Positions 26,414 to 35,600 of a stretch of DNA of 64,000 nt are shown here, piece after piece. The notes below the pieces were generated by a model that was not told the origin of the DNA, searched no databases, and saw nothing but the letters and a program-made list of their open reading frames with translations. The position numbers were made by a program, and so were the translations under genes. Each line of letters opens with the position of its first letter. Position 1 is the first letter of the stretch. Origin of the DNA: a virus. Location: IMG/VR virus record IMGVR_UViG_3300042691_008527, positions 9,888 to 73,887 of that record; one strand, 5' to 3'.

Positions 26414-27556
26414 ATGTCGGAACAAGAAAACAATGAGATCGTAAAGAATTACCCAGGCGCTCCAACAGTTGCACATCAGCATGCTGGAGATGGATCTTTT
26501 GCTTCAGGTGGTATTGGTGATGCAACAGCAACCAGCCCAACCTCTAACAATATTGGTTCAAACCTTGGTAACATCGCAACACCTTCGTGGGGCGATACTA
26601 CAGGTCCAAACGCAGTAAACCCAACTGGTACACCAGGTGGTATTCTGCTTCCAGAGCAGGCTCGTCGCTTCATCGACTATGTGTGGGATGCAACAGTTCT
26701 CGCCAAAGATGGACGTAGAGTTACAATGCGGGCTAACACCATGGAACTTGAAAAAGTTAACGTGGGTGAGCGAGTAATTCGTGCTGCTGCACAAGCAAGC
26801 AACGACTATACAAACGCAGGTGCTACATTCACAAAGGTAGAGCTTACAACCAAGAAGATTCGTCTTGATTGGGAAGTTTCAACTGAAGCATTAGAAGACA
26901 ATATTGAAGGTGGTGCTCTTGAAGATCACCTCGTTCGATTGATGACAAATGCTTTCGCTAACGATATCGAAGATCTCGCTATCAATGGTGACGGCGTTAC
27001 TGGTGACTTCCTTTCCATTATGGAAGGCTTCGTCTATGGTGTAACAACCTCAGGCGACGCTCATGAGGCAGTCGTTTCTGTCACAAATGACAACTGGACA
27101 ACCGAGGTAATGCAGGAGATCATCCTTGCAATGCCACGTAAGTATCGTGCCGTAAAGCAGAACCTCAAGTTCTATGCTGGTACAGATGCATTCCAGGGTA
27201 TTGTCAAGAACAACGGTACACTTGCTGATGCAATTGCTGAAGCATTTGCTCCACGCACTGGTGGTACAGAGCGTAACCGTCAAGCATACCTTGATGGCGC
27301 TGCTCAGACCTTCGGTGGAGCACGTACAACCCGTGTTCTCGGTGTTGACGTTATGGAAGTTCCTTACTACCCAGCAGATTATGTCGATTTGACATTCCCT
27401 GCTAACCGTGTTTGGGGTTTCCAGCGAGACATCACTGTGAATCGTGAGTACAAGCCAAAGAAGGATACAATTGAATACACTGTATTCGTCCGCTTTGGTG
27501 TGCAATGGGAAGAGCTTGATGCTGTTTCCTTCGCAGATGTCAGCACAGGTTCATAA
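26414..27556 (+). CDS. Major capsid protein (HK97 fold)
   Basis: GGAGGT SD before ATG 26414; GGILLPEQARRF, ELTTKKIRL..EVSTEALEDN, DLAINGDG; follows protease. Confidence 0.9.
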   Translation: MSEQENNEIVKNYPGAPTVAHQHAGDGSFASGGIGDATATSPTSNNIGSNLGNIATPSWGDTTGPNAVNPTGTPGGILLPEQARRFIDYVWDATVLAKDGRRVTMRANTMELEKVNVGERVIRAAAQASNDYTNAGATFTKVELTTKKIRLDWEVSTEALEDNIEGGALEDHLVRLMTNAFANDIEDLAINGDGVTGDFLSIMEGFVYGVTTSGDAHEAVVSVTNDNWTTEVMQEIILAMPRKYRAVKQNLKFYAGTDAFQGIVKNNGTLADAIAEAFAPRTGGTERNRQAYLDGAAQTFGGARTTRVLGVDVMEVPYYPADYVDLTFPANRVWGFQRDITVNREYKPKKDTIEYTVFVRFGVQWEELDAVSFADVSTGS

Positions 27557-27609
27557 TTAGTCTTTTAGACTAAAAAAGATAAGGGGAGTGAGTAAAATCG
27601 CTCCCCTTA
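27557..27609 (+). terminator. Tandem hairpins after major capsid gene
   Basis: TTAGTCT/AGACTAA, then TAAGGGGAGTGA/TCGCTCCCCTTA (12 bp, one G-U); weak U-tract. Confidence 0.65.
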
Positions 27610-27618
27610 ATCATATTC

Positions 27619-27627
27619 TGGTATAAT
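27619..27627 (+). promoter_or_regulatory. Extended -10 promoter (TGG-TATAAT)
   Basis: Directly after hairpin, before AAGGAG SD. Confidence 0.65.
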
Positions 27628-27645
27628 TGCTGTAAAGGAGTGATT

Positions 27646-28047
27646 ATGGAAAGTTTAGAAAATAATGAAAATAAAATTTTAGATCAAGAAGATGACGGAA
27701 AAACGTTTGCTGGTGGAGCACTTTTTGGTGATGATGTAGAGTCAGACGAATTAGAGTCAGATTTAGCTGAAGAACCAAAAGTAGAAAATCTTAAAGCTGA
27801 AGAGCCTAAAGTTGAAAAGGTAAAGGAAGAAAAACCTAAAAAGGCTGTTAAAAAAGAAGAACCTAAACCAGAAGAAGTAAAGGAAATAGCTCTTCATGCT
27901 GAGGCTAATCTGTTTAAGTTTGGCCTTGGAGAACTTAAGAAAGGCTATAATATTGTTGATAAAGAAGCAGCAGAGTTTTGGTTAAAACACAGAAAGGTAA
28001 GGATTGCAACTCCAAGAGAGTTAGCAAGATATTACGGTAAAGAATAA
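27646..28047 (+). CDS. Hypothetical protein (head-associated position)
   Basis: AAGGAG SD before ATG 27646; E/K/P-rich linker plus compact C-terminal domain. Confidence 0.6.
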   Translation: MESLENNENKILDQEDDGKTFAGGALFGDDVESDELESDLAEEPKVENLKAEEPKVEKVKEEKPKKAVKKEEPKPEEVKEIALHAEANLFKFGLGELKKGYNIVDKEAAEFWLKHRKVRIATPRELARYYGKE

Positions 28048-29015
28048 TGAATGTTCTCAGAGTTCCGCCATACCCACTAACAATATCTTATACTGTTCCA
28101 GATCCTAATGAAGAGTATTACTTAGTCATAAAGGAAAAAGACAGAAATATTATTGAGGATGAGCTTGCTCTGACATCTGATTCTAATAGTGTTATTACTT
28201 ATACTCTTCCAGAATGGTTCTCTGATTATGATGAGTCTTATTATGTAACTATTTATACTACCTTGCTTGGTGATCCAGACGAGGTAGTTATAGAAGATAA
28301 CTTAAATATTGAAAGACCATATGTAAATCCAGCAACCCTTGGCACAACTGCAACGGAGATAGCTGAATATACACAGTATGAATTTATTGCTAGGGCACTT
28401 ATAGATTCTATAGTTCCAGGTGGATTCTATTATATGACATATTGGTTAGAAACAACTGGACAAAATACAGACTATTTACCAGTTTGGCCAAGAACATATA
28501 AAATTCTAAAGGCTTATGAAAATACAGAATTAGTTTGGGACTCAAGCGAATCCCCATCTGCTTTAGGTGATTGGAACTATATCTTAACTAAAGATAAAAC
28601 AGCTATATTAAAAGATCCAGTTCAGGCAGTTGATTCTATTAATTACCTAGCATCTAATCCAGTCGGAGTAGATCTTGCAATTTCAGATTCATTTGCTTTT
28701 TATGATACTCAAGATAGTGGCAACATGTTTGCAGTTAAGCCAGGTGTAACATTTCCAATGGATGTAGATTATCTTATCTTGCTGGAGACTGGGTATAAAG
28801 TTGTTCCATATGATATTCAAGAAGCAACTAAACTTTTAATCAACGATATTAAATGTGGAAAGCTAGAATATTTTAAGCGTGGTATTACAAGTTATTCAAC
28901 TGATCAGTACAGAATGCAGATTGATAAATCAGTTTTAGACGGTACTGGCAATATTATTGTTGATAAAATATTAGATAAGTATATAGTAAATGTCAATAAA
29001 CCTGGGATGTTGTGA
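28047..29015 (+). CDS. Head-tail adaptor
   Basis: Position; GYKVVPYDIQEATKLLI and ILDKY motifs. Confidence 0.65.
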   Translation: MNVLRVPPYPLTISYTVPDPNEEYYLVIKEKDRNIIEDELALTSDSNSVITYTLPEWFSDYDESYYVTIYTTLLGDPDEVVIEDNLNIERPYVNPATLGTTATEIAEYTQYEFIARALIDSIVPGGFYYMTYWLETTGQNTDYLPVWPRTYKILKAYENTELVWDSSESPSALGDWNYILTKDKTAILKDPVQAVDSINYLASNPVGVDLAISDSFAFYDTQDSGNMFAVKPGVTFPMDVDYLILLETGYKVVPYDIQEATKLLINDIKCGKLEYFKRGITSYSTDQYRMQIDKSVLDGTGNIIVDKILDKYIVNVNKPGML

Positions 29016-29461
29016 TGGAATGCGAAACACCAGACTTTATGTTTCCACTTTATGCAGATATTTACTACCCGATAATTACGCAAGGAGCATATAATGAAGT
29101 TAAAAAAGAGTGGGTTTTTGATCGGACTATTATTTGTAACGCTTCCCCTGTTGGTGGTGCTGGCGAAGAAGATATTAAGCCAGCTGAATTTCTCCAATAT
29201 GAAAATAAACTCGTGGCACGAAGCAGAACCGACCTCAGAATAACATCTAATGAAAATAAACAAGCAGTAACAAATATTTTAATTACTAATATTAGAAATA
29301 TGGGCGGCGAATTAATTTACAAAGAAACTGCTGGCACTAGAAAAGGTCGTGGAACAATATATGAAGTTGCCACCCTAGAACCATTTCTTGGACCATTTAA
29401 TACTATAGAATACTATAAAATGCTATGGAGACGTTCTGAAAATCAGAGCGCTGGAGATTAA
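29012..29461 (+). CDS. Head closure/stopper protein
   Basis: Size and neck-module synteny. Confidence 0.55.
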   Translation: MMECETPDFMFPLYADIYYPIITQGAYNEVKKEWVFDRTIICNASPVGGAGEEDIKPAEFLQYENKLVARSRTDLRITSNENKQAVTNILITNIRNMGGELIYKETAGTRKGRGTIYEVATLEPFLGPFNTIEYYKMLWRRSENQSAGD

Positions 29462-30150
29462 TGAGAGTAAGAATGAATACCAAAGCGCTTGAAGCAGATC
29501 TTGCTAATCTAGTTGAGTATTCTGTGGGATATCTAGATGGTATACAAAAAGGGAAAAAAGAATTTTTAAATGGGCTTGGGGTTATTACAATCCAGGCATT
29601 GGGCCAATACATAGATGCAAGTGCTAGAGGAAATAGAGAAGCTCTTCATCACGTTTATGAGTGGTATCAAGAAGGCAGCCCTTCTGCAAGACTGTTTGAT
29701 TTACAATATACTGTTAGCAATTTAGGTCTTTCAATAGGATCTACGTTTAGACAGTCAAGCACAATGTCTCGTGACGCTAATAAGCCATTCTATGATAAGG
29801 CTAGAATTATGGAGCTCGGTCTCTCTGTAATTGTAAAACCAAAAGGAGATAACCCACTTGTTTTTGAAGCTGGTGGAGAAACAGTTTTTACTAAAAAGCC
29901 AGTCACTATTGAGGCCCCTGGAGGCATAGAAACCCAGGGATCGTATGAAAGAGTATTCGATCAGTTTATGTTACAATATTTTAAGCAATCATTTTTGAAG
30001 GCCTCTGGAATTTATGATTATATTAAAAAGCCAGTTTTATATAAGAAGAATTTTAAGGCTGGAATTAAAGGCGGAGGCAGATCAAAAGGGTATCAAACAG
30101 GATACCGATGGATTGCTAATGCTACGACTGGAGTTGATATAAGTGCCTAA
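29461..30150 (+). CDS. Neck / tail completion protein
   Basis: Synteny; basic protein with KARIMELG motif. Confidence 0.5.
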   Translation: MRVRMNTKALEADLANLVEYSVGYLDGIQKGKKEFLNGLGVITIQALGQYIDASARGNREALHHVYEWYQEGSPSARLFDLQYTVSNLGLSIGSTFRQSSTMSRDANKPFYDKARIMELGLSVIVKPKGDNPLVFEAGGETVFTKKPVTIEAPGGIETQGSYERVFDQFMLQYFKQSFLKASGIYDYIKKPVLYKKNFKAGIKGGGRSKGYQTGYRWIANATTGVDISA

Positions 30151-30703
30151 TTTAGCAGCAAATCTACCATATCCACCACACTGGATAAATGCATATTTAA
30201 GAGCAGAGCTAGAAAAATATGACGATATTGGTGTAAGTAGCACACAGGCCCTATCTCCTATTTTTGCTACAACTCCTACTAATATAACTGAATTATGGAA
30301 CCAGATACTCCAGTCTGGGGAGGTATCTAATCCGCTGCTTATCCAGTATGAGCACTTGATGAGGTTTAGGTCTAGACCATTTTATGGAGTAAGAAAAGAG
30401 CAGATTGTCTATTATTTATATAGCGATACAACAGCAAATATTTATAATGCAATAAATGTAATAACTTACCTGTTTGACCGAGAAGACGCTGCGGCACAAG
30501 ATCTAAATAAATGGGCAGTAGAAAATGCAGCTTCTGTAGGACAGCCACATAATGTATATTTTCACAATATGAAGGTTTACCATATAGATGAATCTAGGGA
30601 TGTTATTGAGCTTGGATCTGCAAAGACATTTACTGCAAATAAGATTATTGTTGAGTATGACTATCACCTTTCTGTAGACCCTCAGACTTTTCCATATACC
30701 TAA
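30143..30703 (+). CDS. Tail terminator-like protein
   Basis: Immediately upstream of tail tube gene. Confidence 0.5.
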   Translation: MPNLAANLPYPPHWINAYLRAELEKYDDIGVSSTQALSPIFATTPTNITELWNQILQSGEVSNPLLIQYEHLMRFRSRPFYGVRKEQIVYYLYSDTTANIYNAINVITYLFDREDAAAQDLNKWAVENAASVGQPHNVYFHNMKVYHIDESRDVIELGSAKTFTANKIIVEYDYHLSVDPQTFPYT

Positions 30704-30709
30704 AAATGA

Positions 30710-30718
30710 TGTTATAAT
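30710..30718 (+). promoter_or_regulatory. Extended -10 promoter (TGT-TATAAT)
   Basis: Intergenic upstream of major tail gene. Confidence 0.65.
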
Positions 30719-30776
30719 TGGTGTGAGGAAACACGCCAACAATTTAATAACAATTTAAGAAATAAGAGGTGAAAAT

Positions 30777-31412
30777 ATGCCATATAGCCGTGGTAATTCT
30801 AATAATATCATCGTCGGTGCTGCTGCGTTCTTCGTTGCAGACACAACGCTTGATAATTCCACACTGCCAGCTTTTGTAAGCTCTGAGTCTTATAAGGACA
30901 CCCTTTCTGACGAAATCGACTTCACAAACGTTGGTTATACAATGAATGGTCTTGAATTACAATTCCAACCAGATTTCGGTGAAGTTCAGGTTGATCAGCT
31001 TCTTGACGTTGCTAAGCTCTTCAAGCAGGGTATGCAAGTTAATCTTGTTACTGCTTTTGCTGAAGCAACACTTGAAAACCTTCTTCTTGCAATTGCAGGA
31101 CAGAGCGCTGATCTTACTGGTACCAAGTCAACATCCGCAGGTCAAGTTCTTAACATGTCCGCAGGAGAGCTTGGTGAATGCCCAGTTGAGCGAGGAATCA
31201 TTGCAGTCGGTCCAGGAACTGGAGACTGTGCAGAATCTGATGTGATTGAGCGTGTTTACGCTGCATATCGTGCACTCTCTATTGAGAGCGTTACAGTATC
31301 TGCAAAGCGTGATGAGCCTTCGATGTTCGAAGTTTCATTCCGTCTTCTTCCAGATGATACAGATGCATCATATGGAAAGCTCATAGACCGTACTTGGACA
31401 CCAGCTTCGTAA
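30777..31412 (+). CDS. Major tail (tube) protein
   Basis: NIIVGAA, VGYTMNGLEL, EVQVDQLLD, FAEATLENL, FEVSFRLLPD; GAGGTG SD. Confidence 0.85.
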   Translation: MPYSRGNSNNIIVGAAAFFVADTTLDNSTLPAFVSSESYKDTLSDEIDFTNVGYTMNGLELQFQPDFGEVQVDQLLDVAKLFKQGMQVNLVTAFAEATLENLLLAIAGQSADLTGTKSTSAGQVLNMSAGELGECPVERGIIAVGPGTGDCAESDVIERVYAAYRALSIESVTVSAKRDEPSMFEVSFRLLPDDTDASYGKLIDRTWTPAS

Positions 31413-31434
31413 TTTAGCTTCCAAGTCCAACATT

Positions 31435-31464
31435 GCCCACCCATAGCGGTGGGCTTTGTTGTTT
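31435..31464 (+). terminator. Intrinsic terminator after tail tube gene
   Basis: GCCCACC / GGTGGGC stem then TTTGTTGTTT. Confidence 0.75.
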
Positions 31465-31465
31465 A

Positions 31466-31474
31466 TGATAGAAT
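31466..31474 (+). promoter_or_regulatory. Extended -10 promoter (TGA-TAGAAT), leaderless start at 31482
   Basis: 7 nt before ATG, no SD. Confidence 0.6.
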
Positions 31475-31481
31475 GGTATGA

Positions 31482-32219
31482 ATGGCTACTAAATTATACA
31501 AAAATAATTATGTTCAAACTATTGATGGTAAAAAAATAAAAATAACACCATTAAAGTTAAAATATTTGTATGATTTTATGGACCATTTTGAAACTATAGG
31601 TAACAGCAAAAATGATGAAGAAGCCATAGAAGTTTTAGTTGAATGTGTCAGAATTTGTATGATGCAGTATTATCCAGAAATATCTAATTCAACTGAAGAT
31701 ATAGAGGATAATTTTGATATGCCAACAATATATGAAATATTAGATTATAGTGCTGGCATTAAGATGAATAAAAATAAACAAGATAAAGATGTAAAACAGC
31801 AAGCTGTAGAAAGCAAAGATAAAAATGACTGGGCTAGTTTTGATTTATTGTCTATAGAGTCCGAGGTTTTTTTACTCGGTATGTGGAAAAATTTTGATGA
31901 AATGGAAGAGTCTATTTGTTTGCCAGAACTTATACATTTAATATCTACACAAAGAGATTTAGATTATAAAGAAAAAAGATTTATGGCAGCTCTGCAAGGT
32001 GTTGATCTTGATAAGGGGACAGGGTATTCTGGTGGAGAACAGGCAAAGGGGCAAAAAGAATGGGAAGATCTTAAAGCAAGAGTTTATAGTAAAGGCAAAG
32101 CTACAGATAGTAATGATATTCTTGCTCTTCAAGGACAAAATGCAAAGAAGGCTGGCTTTGGTATTGGCATGGGGCTAGACTATGAAGATTTAAGAAGTTC
32201 TCCAAATAAAAATGTTTAG
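31482..32219 (+). CDS. Tail assembly chaperone, long (GT-like) form
   Basis: Between tube and tape measure; N-terminal ~100 aa paralogous to 32259..32585. Confidence 0.7.
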   Translation: MATKLYKNNYVQTIDGKKIKITPLKLKYLYDFMDHFETIGNSKNDEEAIEVLVECVRICMMQYYPEISNSTEDIEDNFDMPTIYEILDYSAGIKMNKNKQDKDVKQQAVESKDKNDWASFDLLSIESEVFLLGMWKNFDEMEESICLPELIHLISTQRDLDYKEKRFMAALQGVDLDKGTGYSGGEQAKGQKEWEDLKARVYSKGKATDSNDILALQGQNAKKAGFGIGMGLDYEDLRSSPNKNV

Positions 32220-32222
32220 CTA

Positions 32223-32231
32223 TGCTATAAT
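32223..32231 (+). promoter_or_regulatory. Extended -10 promoter (TGC-TATAAT)
   Basis: Intergenic, upstream of GGAGG SD. Confidence 0.65.
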
Positions 32232-32258
32232 TGAGTTACCTATATATATGGAGGAAAA

Positions 32259-32585
32259 ATGGCTACAACAACGCATGAGGCTAAGACCCTCACGCTAATC
32301 GATGGAACAACCATCGAAGTTCGTCCGCTTAAAATATCGCTTCTCAAGCCTTTTATGGCAAAATTTGAGGGCATTGCATCAGTTCAGGAAGACAATGATA
32401 AGTCATTAGGTCTTCTTATGGAGTGTGTACAAATAGCAATGAAACAGTACAAGCCTGAAATGTCTGCTGATATTGCTAAGTTGGAAGATGTTCTTGATCT
32501 ACCGACTGTGTATAAGATTGTCGAAGCAGCTTCTGGAATTAAGCTTTCAGAGGTTACAGACCTTCTTAATACCACAATTGAATAA
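32259..32585 (+). CDS. Tail assembly chaperone, short (G-like) form
   Basis: 108 aa directly before tape measure gene. Confidence 0.7.
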   Translation: MATTTHEAKTLTLIDGTTIEVRPLKISLLKPFMAKFEGIASVQEDNDKSLGLLMECVQIAMKQYKPEMSADIAKLEDVLDLPTVYKIVEAASGIKLSEVTDLLNTTIE

Positions 32586-32605
32586 AAATTAAAAGAGGTG
32601 AGTAA

Positions 32606-35600
32606 ATGGCTGACGTTAATTCTAATATTAGTATTAATATAGATTCGTCTAAAGCCTTAAGTCAACTCAAATCTTTACAACGACAGATAGCTCAATTTCA
32701 TCTATCTGTAGCAAAGTCTAGCGAAGCAGCTGCATTAGCTCAGCGTGACCTGCAGAGAAATCTTATAAATAGTATTAACTCTATTGGAGCTTTCTCTGCA
32801 GAGCTTCGTACCGTAAAAACATCTGCTGAAAACTTTACAACATCGCTTGAAAAGAATAAATTTTCAATGCGGGAATACTTCCGCTATGCTGGTGCATCTA
32901 CAAAAACATTTGGCAGACTATTTAAATCTGAATTCGACACAATCGGCAGGGTAGCAGAGGAAAGAGTAAAAAGGCTTCAGACTCAATACATAAAGCTTGG
33001 TCGTGATACTACTGGCGCAATGAAGGCTATTGCTGTCATGCCAACAGAGCTCAATCTTAAAGATCACTCTACACAGCTTCAGCTAACTGCACAAAGACAA
33101 GCAATCTTTAATCAACTTGTAAAACAAGGATCTACTAATCTTCTTAATTTTGGTAAAAATACTCAATGGGCTGGTCGCCAGCTTATGGTTGGTTTTACCA
33201 TACCAATTACTATGCTTGGCACCGCTGCTGCAAAAACATTTATGGATATGGAAACTGCAGCAATTAAATTTAAAAAAGTATATGGAGATTTATTTACACC
33301 AGCCGCAGAAACCCAACAAGCGTTAGATAGCATTCAACAGCTTGGAAATGCTTTTACCAAATATGGTATTGCTGTATCAGATACAGTTTCATTAGCAGCA
33401 GAAGCAGCTGCAGCTGGCTTCCAAGGTTTAGATCTACAAAGACAAACAACAGAAGCAACACGACTACAGGTTCTTGGTCAGATTGATGCACAAAAAGCAT
33501 TAGAGACGACCATATCTCTTCAGAATGCATTTCAGATGTCATCAGAAGATCTGGCTGAATCTATTAACTTCTTAAACGCAGTAGAAAACCAGACTGTCGT
33601 ATCTCTTGATGATATTACAACTGCAATACCTAAAGCAGCACCAGTGGTAAAACAACTTGGCGGAGATGTTAAAGATTTAGCATTTTTTATGGCTGCTATG
33701 AAAGAGGGTGGTATCAATGCATCAGAAGGAGCTAATGCTCTAAAGTCTGGTCTTGCTTCATTAATTAATCCTACTGATAAAGCAAGAGAGATGATGCAAG
33801 GATTTGGCATAGATATTGATTCTATTGTTAATAAAAATGCAGGCAATGTAAAGCAAACAGTTATAGAGTTTGCAATGGCATTAGACAACTTATCTGATCT
33901 TAATAGGCAAAGAGCTATAGAGCAGTTGTTTGGTAAGTTCCAGCTAGCACGTCTATCAACTTTATTTGAAAATGTTACAAAAAGTGGTAATCAGGCATCA
34001 AGAGTATTAGATTTAGCAACAGCCTCTACTGGTGATTTAGCTGCTATGGCTGAAAAAGAATTAGGAATGACTGCCGAATCAGCAATGAATAAATTTAGAA
34101 AAGCAGTTGAAGATTTGAAGGTTGCGCTTGTTCCACTTGGCAAGGTATTTCTTGAGACCGTTACTCCAATATTAGAAAGTTTGGGTGGCATACTAGATAA
34201 ATTTGCTTCATTGTCAGAGGGTAGCAAAAAGGCTATTGCTATTCTAACCATTGCTGTTGGAGGAATTGCCCCAGTATTACTTATGACATTTGGCTTGCTT
34301 GCCAACTTTATCGCTAATGGAATTAAATTTTTTGCACTACTAAGAAATGGATATTTAAGATTAACTGGACAATCAAAGATACTTGGAGCTCAAACTCAAT
34401 ATCTTACTACAGAACAGCTTGATGCGGCGGCAGCAGCACATTCATTAAATCAATCTCATGCTAACTTAACCCAAACATTTAGTGTAGAAACAAAAGCTCT
34501 TAATCAACTAATTGCTGCATATAGATCTGCTGCTACAGCTGCTAGAAATTTTGCACAAACAAATCCAGGAATGATGGCTCCAATTCCAGGCAGACGTGGT
34601 GGTAAAAAATACTCTGACGGAGTCTCAAGTGTTCCAGGACCAAGAGGAGCTGGAGATATTGTTCCTGCGATGCTCTCTCCTGGTGAAGCGGTTATTCCAG
34701 CAAAAATGGTTGAAAAATATGCTCCACTTATTCAGGGAATGGTAGCAGGAAATATTCCTGGATTCCAAAAAGGTCTTTTCCCAGGGTATACAAATGCAGT
34801 AACTCTACTAAGCAGTGCTGCTAATCAAGGATTAAAAGGCAAAAGTGGATATTCTGCATCTGCATTAGCAAAAGAATTTTCGAAAGGTGGAGCTGGGATA
34901 CAAGCACCAATTGTTAGAGCAATGGCAGAAGCTATGGGTGCTACAAATGCAAACGATGTTGTTAAAATGATTAAAAATGATCCTAATTTAGCAAAATTTG
35001 GAGAAAGCATTTCTAAGGGTGTTGCAGAAGAGCTTGCTAAAAAAACTGGTAAGGTAACAGATCCAGAATTATCAAAGATATATAATAAAGTAGCTAGAAC
35101 ACAAGCCAAAAAATTTGGCAAAACATATCAAGCTGCTACTAATAAATTTTTAACACAAGTAACTACTTTTGAAGATGTAACTAGGACACGAGTTTCACAG
35201 TCAACTGGCAGAAAGCGTTCTATTGGTAGGGCAGCTATTTTCAAAAATGTTGGATCATACAGAGGAAAGGAATTTGGAAAAATTGCTGGAGCTCTTGGAC
35301 TTTCTAGTATTGCTGGATTAGTAAAAGCACATATGACTCCAGCACAAGAAATAAATCTTATGGAAATGGCTAAAAGTGGAGAATTGACACCAACAGCTAT
35401 TGCTGCAGCAGAAAGAGCTGGAACAGTTATTCCAGTAGAGGTAAAGAAAGAAGTTAAAAAACAAGCTTCAAAGAAAAAAACAACTGCTACAAGAAGACCA
35501 ACTACTCAATCTGGTAAAACAGTTGCACCACCAAAAACAACATTTAGACAAAGAGCTGGAACAGTTGGAAGGAGTCTTGTTGGTGGTAGAGCTGGAATGG

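Noticed and set aside
31482-32585. Programmed frameshift joining the two chaperone ORFs
   Set aside because: Same frame, separated by two stops and a promoter; they are paralogs with the long form first
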